The notes under the pieces: generated by a model
What the model saw: only the letters and a program-made list of their open reading frames with translations
The model's database searches: none
What the model was told of the DNA's origin: nothing
In this document: positions 6,726 to 16,736 of the stretch, piece after piece
Layout: every line of letters begins with the position of its first letter
Position numbering within the stretch: the stretch's first letter is position 1
Made by a program: the position numbers and the translations under genes
Assembly: GCA_036338695.1 (NCBI GenBank)
Contig: JAYZBQ010000007.1
Location: forward strand, 1-28,417
Reading direction: 5' to 3'
DNA length: 28,417 nt
Source: Myxococcota bacterium
GTDB lineage: Bacteria; Myxococcota; UBA4151

Positions 6726-9279
6726 CCTTCGCTGCGCCAGCCTTTGCCTTGCCCTTGGCTTTTGCGCCCGCCTTCGGCTCGCGCGGCTCAAATTCGAAGC
6801 CGTGACGCCCGTTGCCCTTGAGGAAGAGCTTCGCCTTAAACGGGCGCCCTCGCTTAGAGATGAACTGCTCGAGGAAGTCGGTCGATCCGGTCTCAAAGAA
6901 CTGGATCGCCTCCGCCGCCGTGATGGGGCGCTTGCAGACCTCTTTGGGGAGCGTGAGGCCGCCGCGCTCGCCTTTGAGCGCCGCCTCGTCAGCGTAGCGG
7001 ATCGACGTCTCCTGGATGGCCTGACCGCCCTTTGCGGTGCACAAAGGACGGATCACGGTCTCCTCAATGTCGGGTTGAGTGGCAGTCGACTGATCGGTGC
7101 CATCTTCATTCAAAATCTTGAGGTGCCAGCGGCTGGGCTCGCGTTTGCCGCGCCGCGGGAGCTTGGCGTACGCCTCGTCGCTGTGACGCTCAAGCTCGAG
7201 CATCACTTGATAGGGTTTTCCCTGGCTACCCGCCCGAGGGAACAGCGTTAGCGGACCCAGCCGATGCTTTTCGTCGTTGAGAATTTCGGTGATCTCGCTG
7301 GCTTGCAGGACGTGTCCGCGCAGATCTTTCCACAAGAAGAAGGGGTCGGTGCCGTCGGCTTCAAAGCCCCACGGGGTCTCGCGCACAGCCACGTCGTCGC
7401 TGCCCGGCACGGCGCCTAGGTTCTGAGCGTTCGGGTACAAATCATCGAACGACATCTCACAGAGTCGGTTCGTCAACTGCTCGGTCTGGCTGCGCATCAA
7501 GAGCATGTAGTCGTCTCGCGCCAGCTCACCGTTCTCCACCTGTTTGAGTCGGTGCTCGAGCTCTCCGGTGAGCTCAACGCTCGTGAGCGTCTGTGCGCCG
7601 GCGGCGCGCAGCACCTCAACCAGACGGATCGCCTTGGCGGTCGCTCGTAGGCTCTTTCCCTCCCGTGCGAGGTATTGGCGCGAGATCAGCTTCTCGATGG
7701 TCTCTGCTCGCGTCGCCGGGGTGCCGAGACCGCGAGCGGTCATCGCCTCGGAAAGCTCGTCGTCGTCGATCTCTTTCCCGCAGGTCTCCATCTTCTGCAG
7801 CAGACCCGCCTCGCTGAGTCTTGGCTTCGGCTTTGTCTGCTTCTCATCGAGCGTCGCCTCGACCAGGTCAGCCGAGTCATCATGCCCCGAGGGCAACGCC
7901 ACCAAGGGGTCGCCGTCACCTGCGACCTTGCCGTTGGCGAGCTCAAAACCCGGGAACTCAAGGACACGCCCGGTGGTGATAAAGGTGACGCCCGGCGCGC
8001 TTGTGGTGCGCTTGACCTTAGACCACCGAGCCGGCGGCATGTGCGCCGCCAAGAAGCGCCGAGCGATCAGGTTGAAGATGCGTTCGTCGTCACCCGACAA
8101 GGGGGCGTCGGGCATGCGAATCGGCACGATGGCGTAATGGTCGGAGACCTTAGCGTCATTAAAATTTCGTCCAGTGTTTTGGGCGCCATCTTGGACCACC
8201 TGCGCTGCGGCGCGCGCGGTCGGCTGATACCGGGTCATGGCCTCGATCGTTGGGCCAAGCCGAGCCCGCATATCGTTCGGGAGAAACTTGGAGTCGGTTC
8301 GTGGGTAACTGATCAGCTTGTGACCCTCGTAGAGCCGCTGAGCGGCATCGAGCGTTCGCTTGGCGCTGAAGCCTAGTGCGCTGTTTGCCGTTTTCTGGAG
8401 GCTCGTGAGGTCGAACAGAAGGGGCGGCTTGGTGGTCTGCTCGGTGCGCTCGTCAACGACGGTCCAGCGCGTCGCATCCTGCGTCCGCTGAAGCGCCGCT
8501 TGGGCGTCGGCCTCGGACAGGATCCGGTCCGCCTCTTTGCGCGGTCCGGTGGGCGCATGGTAGCGCCCCGAGTAGGTCTGGCCTCCCGCCTGGAACGACG
8601 CGTTGAGCAGCCAATAGGGCTCGGGGCGATGGTGGTAGATCTCGAGCTCACGGTCGACCAGCATCGTGAGGGTGGGGGTCTGCACGCGCCCAGCCGTCCA
8701 AACACCTTCGTACCGGAAAGACTTGAGCCGCACGGACACCGCCCGCGTGGCGTTCATACCGATCAGCCAGTCCGCCTCGGCGCGACAGCTCGCGGCGTCC
8801 CCGAGGTCATCGAACTGCTCCGCCGGACGCAGCGACGCAAAGCCCTTGCGGATGGCGCCTTGAGTCAGGCTCGACAGCCACAGCCGGTGCGTCGGCTTAG
8901 GGTGGTTGAGCCAGGCGAACACGGTACGGAAAATGTTCTCGCCTTCGCGCCCCGCATCGCAGGCGTTGACGTATCCGACGACGTCTTTGCGCTTGGCGAG
9001 CTTCTTGATCACTCCCAAACGCTTCGTCGCCTTGCCGTCGCGCGGTTTGCGCCGCATCTCGTCGGGGAGAATGGGCAGGCTCTTCGTGGTCCAAGCGCGC
9101 CACTTTTTGTCGTAGGCTTCTGGCTGCTCGAGCTCGACGAGGTGCCCTACGGCGAACGAGATCACGTAGTCGTTGGTCTCAAAGTAGTCACCGCCGTCGT
9201 GTCGGTCAAAAGGCCCCATCGCTTTGGCGAGATCGAGCGCCACCGACGGCTTCTCGGCAATCACTAACAGCTTGGTCAT
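6703..9279 (-). CDS. topB: Type IA DNA topoisomerase (topoisomerase III)
   Basis: IAEKPSVA, GHL, NACDAGREGE, ADWLIGMNATRA, GRVQTPTL, catalytic ISYPRTDS, DHYAIVP and GLGTPATRA. C-terminal FISKRGRPFKAKL repeat typical of TopB. Confidence 0.92.
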   Translation of the reverse strand: MTKLLVIAEKPSVALDLAKAMGPFDRHDGGDYFETNDYVISFAVGHLVELEQPEAYDKKWRAWTTKSLPILPDEMRRKPRDGKATKRLGVIKKLAKRKDVVGYVNACDAGREGENIFRTVFAWLNHPKPTHRLWLSSLTQGAIRKGFASLRPAEQFDDLGDAASCRAEADWLIGMNATRAVSVRLKSFRYEGVWTAGRVQTPTLTMLVDRELEIYHHRPEPYWLLNASFQAGGQTYSGRYHAPTGPRKEADRILSEADAQAALQRTQDATRWTVVDERTEQTTKPPLLFDLTSLQKTANSALGFSAKRTLDAAQRLYEGHKLISYPRTDSKFLPNDMRARLGPTIEAMTRYQPTARAAAQVVQDGAQNTGRNFNDAKVSDHYAIVPIRMPDAPLSGDDERIFNLIARRFLAAHMPPARWSKVKRTTSAPGVTFITTGRVLEFPGFELANGKVAGDGDPLVALPSGHDDSADLVEATLDEKQTKPKPRLSEAGLLQKMETCGKEIDDDELSEAMTARGLGTPATRAETIEKLISRQYLAREGKSLRATAKAIRLVEVLRAAGAQTLTSVELTGELEHRLKQVENGELARDDYMLLMRSQTEQLTNRLCEMSFDDLYPNAQNLGAVPGSDDVAVRETPWGFEADGTDPFFLWKDLRGHVLQASEITEILNDEKHRLGPLTLFPRAGSQGKPYQVMLELERHSDEAYAKLPRRGKREPSRWHLKILNEDGTDQSTATQPDIEETVIRPLCTAKGGQAIQETSIRYADEAALKGERGGLTLPKEVCKRPITAAEAIQFFETGSTDFLEQFISKRGRPFKAKLFLKGNGRHGFEFEPREPKAGAKAKGKAKAGAAKAKAKEAG

Positions 9280-9395
9280 ACACACCCCGTTTCAAGCCTT
9301 GCATGGGTAGTGATCCGACACCTGCTTGCAAAGCGTAATCTGTACACCTTTTTAAAGGTGGGTGCTCGGAATCTCTTCCCAGCTCGCTCGCTTGG

Positions 9396-10739
9396 CTAAG
9401 CCCGCCGCCCGCAGAAGTGCTCGGTAAAGGCGGCGACTGCTCGGCCCAGGTCGAGGGCGCCGACGGTCTCGCCCGTGCTGTGCATACCCCACATCGGGAT
9501 GCCCACGTCGACGGTGCGCGCGCCGAGGAGCGCTGAGGTGATCGGACCGATCGTGCTGCCGCAGCGCATGTCTTGGCGTACGACGAAGCCCTGCACCGGT
9601 ACATCGGCTCGCTCGCAGATCGCACGGAACATCGCCGCCGTCTCGCCGGTGGTGGCGTAGCGCTCGTTGGCGTTGGTTTTGATCACCAGCCCCTCGTTGA
9701 TCTGCGGGGCGTGTCGCTCTTCGTGCTTCTCGGGGTGGTTGGGGTGGACGGCGTGGACCATGTCCGCCGAGATCACAAAGCTCGCCGCAAAGGCCTGCTC
9801 GGGGTCCATCTCGCCGCGCACATAGCCCTCGTGGCTGCGTGTGAGCCGCAGCAGGTTGTCGCGCAGAAACCCCGAGTGCGCGCCCGAGGAGGTCATCGAT
9901 CCTACCTCCTCGGCGTCAAAGAAGACCGCCACGCGCGTGCGGCGACGAGCGCTGTCACGGTCCAGGCTCTCGATCAGCGCCTGCGCGCTGGCGTAGACCA
10001 TGGCAAGGTCGTCGTGCCGTGGCCCGAGCACGATGCTGCGATCCACGCCGACCCGCAGCGCCGGATAGTGGGGGAACAGGTGCAAATGAAAGCCGTCGGC
10101 TTCTAAGAGGTCATGACCGACCAGCTCACTGAGCTTGGGCACGAGCTCGTCGCGCGAGCCGGTGCCCAAGACGGCGTTCAACCACTTCTCCGGGTCGAGC
10201 TCCCCTTTAGTGTTCTTCTCGCGGTCCAGATGGATGGCGACATCCGGGATCACCGCGACCGGCTGCCGAGCGCGGATGAGCTTCGCCTCGACCTCGGGGA
10301 GCGCCGAGTCCGGCGAGTAGGTCGGCTCACCGTTCTCATCGCGCACGATGTTGTAGACGCAGCCGCCGAGGTCCAGCGGTCGATCGAGCCAGGAGCGATA
10401 GATCACGCCCCCATGGAACTGGGTATGCAAGCGGACCACCCCAGACTTTTCACTGGTCGGCTTCGGCTTGAGCCGCAGGTCCGGCGAGTCGGTGTGCGAG
10501 CCGACGATCGCGTAGCCGCCATGAGCGGGGCAGACCTCGCCGACCATGATGGCGATTAAGGAGCGACCATCGGCGGATTCGATGAGCAAGCGGTCTCCGC
10601 CGCGGACGCTCCAGTCATGGTACGGGTTGACCGACTTAAAGCCGGCGGCGCCAAAGCGGCGCTTGAGCTCGGCAACGGCGTGGAACGGCGTGACCGCCTC
10701 GTTGAGAAAGTCAATGTAGTCGTCCGCATGATCGATCAC
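9396..10739 (-). CDS. apeB: M18 family aminopeptidase (aspartyl aminopeptidase-like)
   Basis: TPFHAV, GSHTDSP, SWLDRPL, DDL, DAEEVGS, SADMVHAVHPN, CGSTIGP and MHS metal-ligand motifs. Confidence 0.9.
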   Translation of the reverse strand: MIDHADDYIDFLNEAVTPFHAVAELKRRFGAAGFKSVNPYHDWSVRGGDRLLIESADGRSLIAIMVGEVCPAHGGYAIVGSHTDSPDLRLKPKPTSEKSGVVRLHTQFHGGVIYRSWLDRPLDLGGCVYNIVRDENGEPTYSPDSALPEVEAKLIRARQPVAVIPDVAIHLDREKNTKGELDPEKWLNAVLGTGSRDELVPKLSELVGHDLLEADGFHLHLFPHYPALRVGVDRSIVLGPRHDDLAMVYASAQALIESLDRDSARRRTRVAVFFDAEEVGSMTSSGAHSGFLRDNLLRLTRSHEGYVRGEMDPEQAFAASFVISADMVHAVHPNHPEKHEERHAPQINEGLVIKTNANERYATTGETAAMFRAICERADVPVQGFVVRQDMRCGSTIGPITSALLGARTVDVGIPMWGMHSTGETVGALDLGRAVAAFTEHFCGRRA

Positions 10740-11074
10740 GGGTTCAGCTCTTTCTGGCGTGCGACCGCCTGTTGATGGAGCGCCCTGAGCTCGTTGAGTT
10801 CATCGTAGGCGCTCTGCGTGTAGTGGGTCAGGAGGGGAGCGAAGAGGTAGTAGGTGACGCAGGCAAGCACGGCGTAGCCGATCAGCCAAGCCGCTAGGGT
10901 GCGATAGTCCTGAAACCAAGAGGTGACGGCACCGACGAACAGAGCGAGCCCGATGTAGAGGGTGTAGCGGGCGCCGCGCGAGTAGGTCTCAAGGCCCCTA
11001 AGGTTCGCTTCTTGTCCCTGAATTTTTGCTTCGAGCGTCGCCACGATGGTCGGGCGATCGAGATCATACGCCAC
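10736..11074 (-). CDS. Small hypothetical membrane protein (2 TM, helical termini)
   Basis: Two hydrophobic segments. It overlaps both neighbours (4 nt and 11 nt) and fills the operon gap exactly. Confidence 0.7.
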   Translation of the reverse strand: MAYDLDRPTIVATLEAKIQGQEANLRGLETYSRGARYTLYIGLALFVGAVTSWFQDYRTLAAWLIGYAVLACVTYYLFAPLLTHYTQSAYDELNELRALHQQAVARQKELNP

Positions 11075-11828
11075 GGGTCAGCCGGCGGGCGAAATGGTCC
11101 GACAGCCCTGCTGCGCGGATGCGGTCGCCTGCCAGCTTGATGTCGTAAGGAACCCGGACGTGCTCAATCCGCTGTGACTCCGAGTCAAAGAGAACGAAGC
11201 ATGCGCGCGGGTCGTAGTCGCGCGGCTGACCCACCGAGCCCACCGTCACCAGGTACTTGAAGCGATCGCTGGCTCGAAACGGCGCCAGCGGCAGGTTCCA
11301 TGCCCCGCCGGTGTTGATGCGCCACGAGCGAGTCAGGTGCGTATGCCCCATAAACGTCACCCACGACAGCCGGTCGGCGTAGCGACAGTGCGCTCGCGCC
11401 AGCTCGAGGTTGAAGACGTAGTCGAAGGCTTCAGGAAAGATCGGCGAGCCGTGCACAAAGCACAGGGCGTCGTCTTTGACCGTGTACGGCAGCTCGCCCA
11501 GCCACTTCAGGTGGCGCTCGTCGAGGACACTTGCCGTCCAATCAAGCGCCTCACGCGCCGCCTGGTAATAGCTTGAGTAGTCCATCCGGCCGCTCACGGC
11601 GGCGTCATGATTGCCCACCACGCAGTGGTCCACGTGCGCCTGCACGATGTCGCAGACCTCGTTCGGGTTCGCCCCGTACCCGACCACGTCTCCGAGGCAA
11701 ACGATCCGCTGCACGTCCGCCTTGGCGATACGCTCAAAGACCGCCTCGGTGGCGGGGAGGTTAGCGTGTAGGTCCGAGACGATAGCGGTGCGCAAAGGAA
11801 CTCTCGATGGGTCTTTGAGGCGTCCCAT
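11064..11828 (-). CDS. Calcineurin-like metallophosphoesterase
   Basis: SDLHAN, CLGDVVGYG, GNHD, VHGSP, GHTH and GSVGQPRD. Alternative TTG start at 11795. Confidence 0.92.
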   Translation of the reverse strand: MGRLKDPSRVPLRTAIVSDLHANLPATEAVFERIAKADVQRIVCLGDVVGYGANPNEVCDIVQAHVDHCVVGNHDAAVSGRMDYSSYYQAAREALDWTASVLDERHLKWLGELPYTVKDDALCFVHGSPIFPEAFDYVFNLELARAHCRYADRLSWVTFMGHTHLTRSWRINTGGAWNLPLAPFRASDRFKYLVTVGSVGQPRDYDPRACFVLFDSESQRIEHVRVPYDIKLAGDRIRAAGLSDHFARRLTRGV

Positions 11829-11935
11829 AACGCCTGCGGTGGGCTCTGGTTACCAGCGGTGAAGCGAAAAGGAAACTCGACTCCGGTTGCCAGCCGGCGC
11901 TGTCGATGCGACCACACGAACGTGAGGGGTACGCC

Positions 11936-13135
11936 ATGCGATTTGCACTCATAATCTTGGTGGGTTTGGGGCTCGGTGTGGCGGCGGGTTTGGCGGTGCC
12001 GAGCGCGGGGTTGTGGCTTGCGCTGCCCGGCGAGCTTTTCGTCGCCGGGCTTAAAGCGCTCATCCTACCGATCGTGTTCTGCTCGGTAGCGGGCGCCATG
12101 GCCAAGCTCGGCTCGACCCCCAAGCTCCTGCGCTGGCTACGGCGTGCCGCCCTTTATTTTGTGAGCACCATGATCCTGGCGGTGGGGCTCGGCCTCACGC
12201 TCGTGAATGCGCTGCAGCCCGGAGCAGGCGCCGACCGCTCCGCCTGGGTCAGTGACAGCGAGGCGCCGTCGGTTAAGCCCCTGACCGGCGCCGCGTTTGT
12301 CAAAGCGCAGGTCGGCAAGCTGTTTATGGACCCGGTCAAGGCTTGGGCGCAGGGCAACGTGCTCGGCGTCCTCGTTTTCGCCTTGCTGTTCGGGATGATG
12401 CTCGGGCGCGTTCACGGCGGCGGCGCCTGGGTTCCGCTGCTCGAGAGCGCCGAGGGCGCCTTGAGTAAACTGATCGACGCGCTGATCTGGTGCACGCCAG
12501 TGGGGGTGTTCTCGCTCGCTTACAAGCAGGTCGCCGCCAGCGGGATCGAGCCTATTCTTCGGCTCGGTCCCTACGTCCTGTGCGTGGCGCTTGGGTTGGT
12601 CTTGCATGGTTTGGTGATCTTGCCGCTCGCCGTGCGCCTGTTCGGCGGACCGAGCCCGCTGCGCTACCTGCGCGGCGCCGCCAAGCCGTTGATGGTGGCG
12701 TTCAGCTCAGCGTCGTCGGCCGCGACCTTACCGGTCACGCTCGAGGCGGCTGAGAAAGAGCTCGGGGTCGACCCGGCGGTTAGCCGGACCGTGGCGCCTC
12801 TTGGTGCCACGATCAACATGGACGGCACGGCGCTCTACGAGGCGGTGGCGGCGCTGTTCATCGCTCAGGTTTATGGGATCTCTCTGGGCGTAGGGGATCA
12901 GATCGTGGTGGCGCTCACAGCCTGTCTCGCCGCCATCGGCGCGGCAGGGATCCCGAGCGCAGGCGTGGTGACCATGGCGCTTGTGCTTCACGCCGTGGGT
13001 TTGCCGCTCGAGGGCATCGGCTTGATCCTTGCTGTGGACCGGTTCCTCGACATGTTGCGCACGAGCGTCAACGTGCTGGGTGACCTCGGGGGCTGCAGCG
13101 TGGTCGCAGCGGCCGAGCCGGAGCCGCCGGCGTGA
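11936..13135 (+). CDS. Dicarboxylate/amino acid:cation symporter (DAACS; GltPh/GltT-like, probably Asp/Glu)
   Basis: FSSASSAATLP, GATINMDGTALY and DRFLDMLRTSVNVLGD. ATG 11936 follows GAGGGG. Confidence 0.93.
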   Translation: MRFALIILVGLGLGVAAGLAVPSAGLWLALPGELFVAGLKALILPIVFCSVAGAMAKLGSTPKLLRWLRRAALYFVSTMILAVGLGLTLVNALQPGAGADRSAWVSDSEAPSVKPLTGAAFVKAQVGKLFMDPVKAWAQGNVLGVLVFALLFGMMLGRVHGGGAWVPLLESAEGALSKLIDALIWCTPVGVFSLAYKQVAASGIEPILRLGPYVLCVALGLVLHGLVILPLAVRLFGGPSPLRYLRGAAKPLMVAFSSASSAATLPVTLEAAEKELGVDPAVSRTVAPLGATINMDGTALYEAVAALFIAQVYGISLGVGDQIVVALTACLAAIGAAGIPSAGVVTMALVLHAVGLPLEGIGLILAVDRFLDMLRTSVNVLGDLGGCSVVAAAEPEPPA

Positions 13136-14049
13136 GCGAGCACGTGATCCATGCGCAAGGTTTGATGCGCCGCTTCGGGGAGGTGATCGCCGTGGACGGC
13201 ATGGAGCTCGCCGTTCAGCCCGGTGAGTGTTTCGGCATGCTCGGCCCCAACGGCGCCGGGAAGACCACGGTCACCCGCATGATCCAGGCGGTGCTGCCGC
13301 GCGATGGCGGCTCGCTGTCGGTGCTCGGGCGCGACCCAAGCCGCGAGGGCGCCGCCGTCCGGCAGCGCCTCGGGGTTGTGCCGCAGGGGGACAACCTCGA
13401 CCCCGACCTGAGCTGCCGAGACAACCTGTGGGTGTATGGTCGCTTCTTCGGGCAGTCGCGGCGCAAGGCGCGGCGCGAGGCGGAGCGGCTGCTTGAGCTT
13501 GCGCAATTGGTCGATCGAGCGGAGGCGAAGCCGAGGGAGTTGTCGGGGGGGATGCGGCGTCGTCTGATGATCGCACGCGCCATGATCAACGAGCCCGAGC
13601 TCTTGTTGCTCGATGAGCCCACGACCGCGCTGGACCCGCAAGCCAGGCACTCGGTCTGGGGCTGGCTGCAACAACTCAAGACCGACGGGTTGACCATGCT
13701 CTTGACCACGCATGATATGGATGAAGCCGAGCGCCTCTGCGGTAGGCTCTGCGTGATGGACGCCGGCAAGCGCCTCGTCGAGGGAGAGCCCCACGCCCTC
13801 GTCGCAGAGCACGTGGGCGCGTCGACTCTTGAGTACCGCGGTGACGCCCCGGAGCGCTTTCGCGCCGAGCTGGTGGGCGCTCACCACATTGAGGAAACAG
13901 GCGACTCCCTTCTGGCGCAGTTCCCGAGCGAGGAGGACGCGCGCGCTTCGGTCCGTCGCGTCGTGGACGCCGGCGTCGAGGTCAGCGTTCGGCGCGCCAC
14001 GCTCGAGGATGTGTTCCTCAAGCTCACCGGGCGGGTCCTGCGGCTATGA
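13132..14049 (+). CDS. ABC-2 exporter ATP-binding subunit (NodI/DrrA-like)
   Basis: GPNGAGKT, LSGGMRRR, LLLLDEPT, LTTH and C-terminal ATLEDVFLKLTG. Confidence 0.93.
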   Translation: MSEHVIHAQGLMRRFGEVIAVDGMELAVQPGECFGMLGPNGAGKTTVTRMIQAVLPRDGGSLSVLGRDPSREGAAVRQRLGVVPQGDNLDPDLSCRDNLWVYGRFFGQSRRKARREAERLLELAQLVDRAEAKPRELSGGMRRRLMIARAMINEPELLLLDEPTTALDPQARHSVWGWLQQLKTDGLTMLLTTHDMDEAERLCGRLCVMDAGKRLVEGEPHALVAEHVGASTLEYRGDAPERFRAELVGAHHIEETGDSLLAQFPSEEDARASVRRVVDAGVEVSVRRATLEDVFLKLTGRVLRL

Positions 14050-14819
14050 TCAGCCCGACGCGCTGTCTGCGAGTGTGTGAGCGGCATCTCCTCATGTGGC
14101 GGTCCATGGCGGGCGCAAGCATCGTCGGGAATGTGCTCGAGCCGCTCATCTACCTGATCGTGCTCGGTTACGGGGTGGGCGCCATGACGCGCCCCGAGCT
14201 GCTCCCTGAGGGCATGTCGTACCGCTTCTTCTACGGCAGCGGTCTGCTCGCCTCGATCGCGATGTTCTCAGCCAGCTTTGAGAGCATGTTCGGCGCCTTC
14301 ACTCGGATGACCTCACAGCGAACCTACGAGTGCATGATCGCCACGCCGATCTCGCTCGGGGAGGTGCTGGTGGGCGATGCGCTCTTTGCGGGGATCAAGG
14401 GCGCCATCGCTGCGCTGTGCGTCCCCTTAGTGATGACTCTGATCGGTGACCCGGTCTCGCCGTGGGTGATCGTTGGGTTTGTGCCCGCCTTTCTCATCGC
14501 CTTTTTGTTTGGCGCAGCCGGGATTTTGGTGACGGCTTACACGCCGGATTACGCCTGGTTCAACTACTACATCACGATGGTGCTGACGCCTCTTTTTCTG
14601 TTCGGAGGGATCTTCTTTCCGCTCGACCGTTTTGGTGATTACGCCGTTTACGCCTCGCTGAGCCCGCTGAGTCAGGGCGTGGTGGTCCTGCGTCAGCTGG
14701 TGATGGGGCAGGCGCCGGAAGCGCTACCGCTCCTCGCCTTGTTCTTGTACTCGGTGGTCGGCGGCGGGCTGTTCCTTTGGTTGGCGCGCCGCAAACTGCA
14801 GCGACGATTGATCGGATAG
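14046..14819 (+). CDS. ABC-2 exporter permease (NodJ-like)
   Basis: About 6 TM segments, EPLIYL...GYGVG, ATP-I-S-LGEV and FLFGGIFFP. ATGA overlap with the ATPase. Confidence 0.9.
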   Translation: MISPTRCLRVCERHLLMWRSMAGASIVGNVLEPLIYLIVLGYGVGAMTRPELLPEGMSYRFFYGSGLLASIAMFSASFESMFGAFTRMTSQRTYECMIATPISLGEVLVGDALFAGIKGAIAALCVPLVMTLIGDPVSPWVIVGFVPAFLIAFLFGAAGILVTAYTPDYAWFNYYITMVLTPLFLFGGIFFPLDRFGDYAVYASLSPLSQGVVVLRQLVMGQAPEALPLLALFLYSVVGGGLFLWLARRKLQRRLIG

Positions 14820-14827
14820 GTGGGGCA

Positions 14828-15955
14828 GTGAGCGAGGCATTCGTGAGCGCTAGAGAGCGACCGACCTGGGTAGAGGTCGACCACGAAGCGCTACGGCACA
14901 ACCTCAAGCAGATTCAGCGGCACGTGGGGCCTCACGTCTCGGTCATCGCCGTGGTCAAAGCGAACGCCTACGGACATGGTGCGCTCGACGTAGCGCAGAC
15001 CCTCGTGGGGGCAGGGGTCGCTAAGCTCGCCGTCGCTACGGTCGCTGAAGGTCTGAACCTTCGCGCCGGAGGGATTGAGGCGCCGATCATGGTGTTCGCC
15101 GGTCGTTATGAGATCGCCGCCTCGGAGGTCTGGTCCGCCCGCCTTGAGCCGGTCGTCTTCGATCACTCGGTGCTCGACTCGCTGGAGGCTGAGCGCCCTA
15201 AGGCAGCGCCTAAGCTTGCGGTGCATCTCCACCTCGACAGTGGGATGGGGCGGCTGGGCTGCTCACCAGCAGACTTCCCTGCGTTGTTGCAGCGCATCGG
15301 CGCCAGCGAAGCCTTTGAGCTGGTGGCGCTGATGACGCATTTTGCCTGCGCTGACGCATCAGATGACGCACATTTTCGCAGCCAGCTCGAGGTCTTTGAG
15401 CGACAGACTCAGCCGCTGCCGCAATGGGATCGGCACGCAGCGAACTCCGCGGCGCTCGCCGGTCACCCCGGCTCTCATTACGACTGGGTCCGGCCTGGGC
15501 TGGCGCTTTATGGCGTGGAGCCTTCGCAGACGAGCCCGCTCGGGCTCAAACCGGTGATGCGCTGGTGCACGCGGGTCGAACATCAGCGAACCCTTCAAGC
15601 CGGCGAGAGCGTCGGCTACGGTGCGCGCTGGCGAGCTGAGCGCGAGAGTCACGTCGGGATCTTGCCGGTAGGCTATGCGGACGGGTACCCTTGGAGCGCT
15701 GAGGGGCGGGCGGTGGTGCTGATCCACGGGCAAAAAGTCCCCGTCATTGGAGCCGTGTCGATGGATCTGATCGCTGTGGACCTCACCGACACGCCGGGGG
15801 TTGAGATCGGGACGCAGGCGGTCTTAGTCGGCCGCGACGGCGGCGCGCAGATCACGGTCGAAGACATGGCGGCTTGGAGCGGGCGCTTGGTCTACGAGGT
15901 CATGACCAGCGTGGGCGTTCGTGTGCCCCGGCGGCACCTAGGGAGCGCCACATGA
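14828..15955 (+). CDS. alr: Alanine racemase
   Basis: RPTWVEVD, AVVKANAYGHG (PLP lysine), DSGMGRLG, MTHFACAD, HAANSA, VRPGLALYG, VGYG, GYADG and VSMD. Start placed at GTG 14828 (uncertain). Confidence 0.96.
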   Translation: MSEAFVSARERPTWVEVDHEALRHNLKQIQRHVGPHVSVIAVVKANAYGHGALDVAQTLVGAGVAKLAVATVAEGLNLRAGGIEAPIMVFAGRYEIAASEVWSARLEPVVFDHSVLDSLEAERPKAAPKLAVHLHLDSGMGRLGCSPADFPALLQRIGASEAFELVALMTHFACADASDDAHFRSQLEVFERQTQPLPQWDRHAANSAALAGHPGSHYDWVRPGLALYGVEPSQTSPLGLKPVMRWCTRVEHQRTLQAGESVGYGARWRAERESHVGILPVGYADGYPWSAEGRAVVLIHGQKVPVIGAVSMDLIAVDLTDTPGVEIGTQAVLVGRDGGAQITVEDMAAWSGRLVYEVMTSVGVRVPRRHLGSAT

Positions 15956-16734
15956 CCCCGGTCGCGCGCGTCGGAGAGCTGTCCATCAGCGCCATCGATT
16001 GGTTGGGCGGCAGCTTGCGCTTTGCCGTGCGCATGGCGGCGGCGATGTGCAAGCCGCCATTTCGCGTGCAAAACATCCTGACGCAGCTCGACACCATCGG
16101 GTTTGGCTCGATTTTCATCGTGGGTTTGACCGGCTTGTTTGCCGGTCTGGTGTTCGCCATGAACTCGCTTAACGCCCTCGCTTGGATGGGCGCCGAGGGG
16201 ATGGTGGCGCCGTCCATGACCCTGAGCCTGTCGCGAGAGCTGGGGCCTATTTTGACCTCGTTGCTGGTGGCGGGGCGCTCGGGCTCGGCGATCGCCACCG
16301 AGCTCGGGACCATGCGCGTCTCTGAGCAGGTGGACGCCCTCGAGATGATGGGGGTCGACCCGGTGCAGTACCTGGTCGCGCCGAGGGCCTGGGCGCTCGT
16401 GATCAGCTTGCCGCTGCTTAACTTTACCTTCGTGCTCATGGGCTTAATCGGCTCGGTGATCGCTTCGGAGCCTTACGCTATCTCAGCGCAGCTCTTCGCC
16501 CAAGAGGCGATGCGGATGGCGGACGCCAACGATTACCTCAGCGGCGGCATCAAGACCGTCGTCTTCGGCTTCATGATCGCTGCGGTCGCAGCGCGTCGCG
16601 GCTTGATGGCGATGGGGGGCGCGCGCGGCGTTGGGTTGGCGGCGACTCAGACGGTGGTCGTGACCTCGGTGCTGATCCTCGTGCTCGATTACCTGATGAT
16701 GTTGGTCATCGGCCCGTATATGTTAGGCTGGTAG
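15952..16734 (+). CDS. mlaE: MlaE-family ABC permease
   Basis: RELGPILTSLLVAGRSGSAIATELGTMRVSEQVDALEMMG, YLVAPR and GGARGVG-A-T. ATGA overlap with alr. Confidence 0.93.
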   Translation: MTPVARVGELSISAIDWLGGSLRFAVRMAAAMCKPPFRVQNILTQLDTIGFGSIFIVGLTGLFAGLVFAMNSLNALAWMGAEGMVAPSMTLSLSRELGPILTSLLVAGRSGSAIATELGTMRVSEQVDALEMMGVDPVQYLVAPRAWALVISLPLLNFTFVLMGLIGSVIASEPYAISAQLFAQEAMRMADANDYLSGGIKTVVFGFMIAAVAARRGLMAMGGARGVGLAATQTVVVTSVLILVLDYLMMLVIGPYMLGW

Positions 16735-16736
16735 CG

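Noticed and set aside
10736..11828. Metallophosphoesterase plus 2-TM protein as an anti-phage module
   Set aside because: The phosphoesterase is of a common housekeeping type in an aminopeptidase/topB run; no sensor, cyclase or nuclease nearby.
11829..11935. Possible amino-acid riboswitch or operator (CTGGTTACCAG, 11846-11856) upstream of the DAACS transporter
   Set aside because: No glycine or other riboswitch consensus is visible, and the palindrome is too short to support alone.
13132..14819. Naming the exporter nodI/nodJ as nodulation genes
   Set aside because: Family resemblance only; no nod biosynthesis genes are present and the substrate is unknown.
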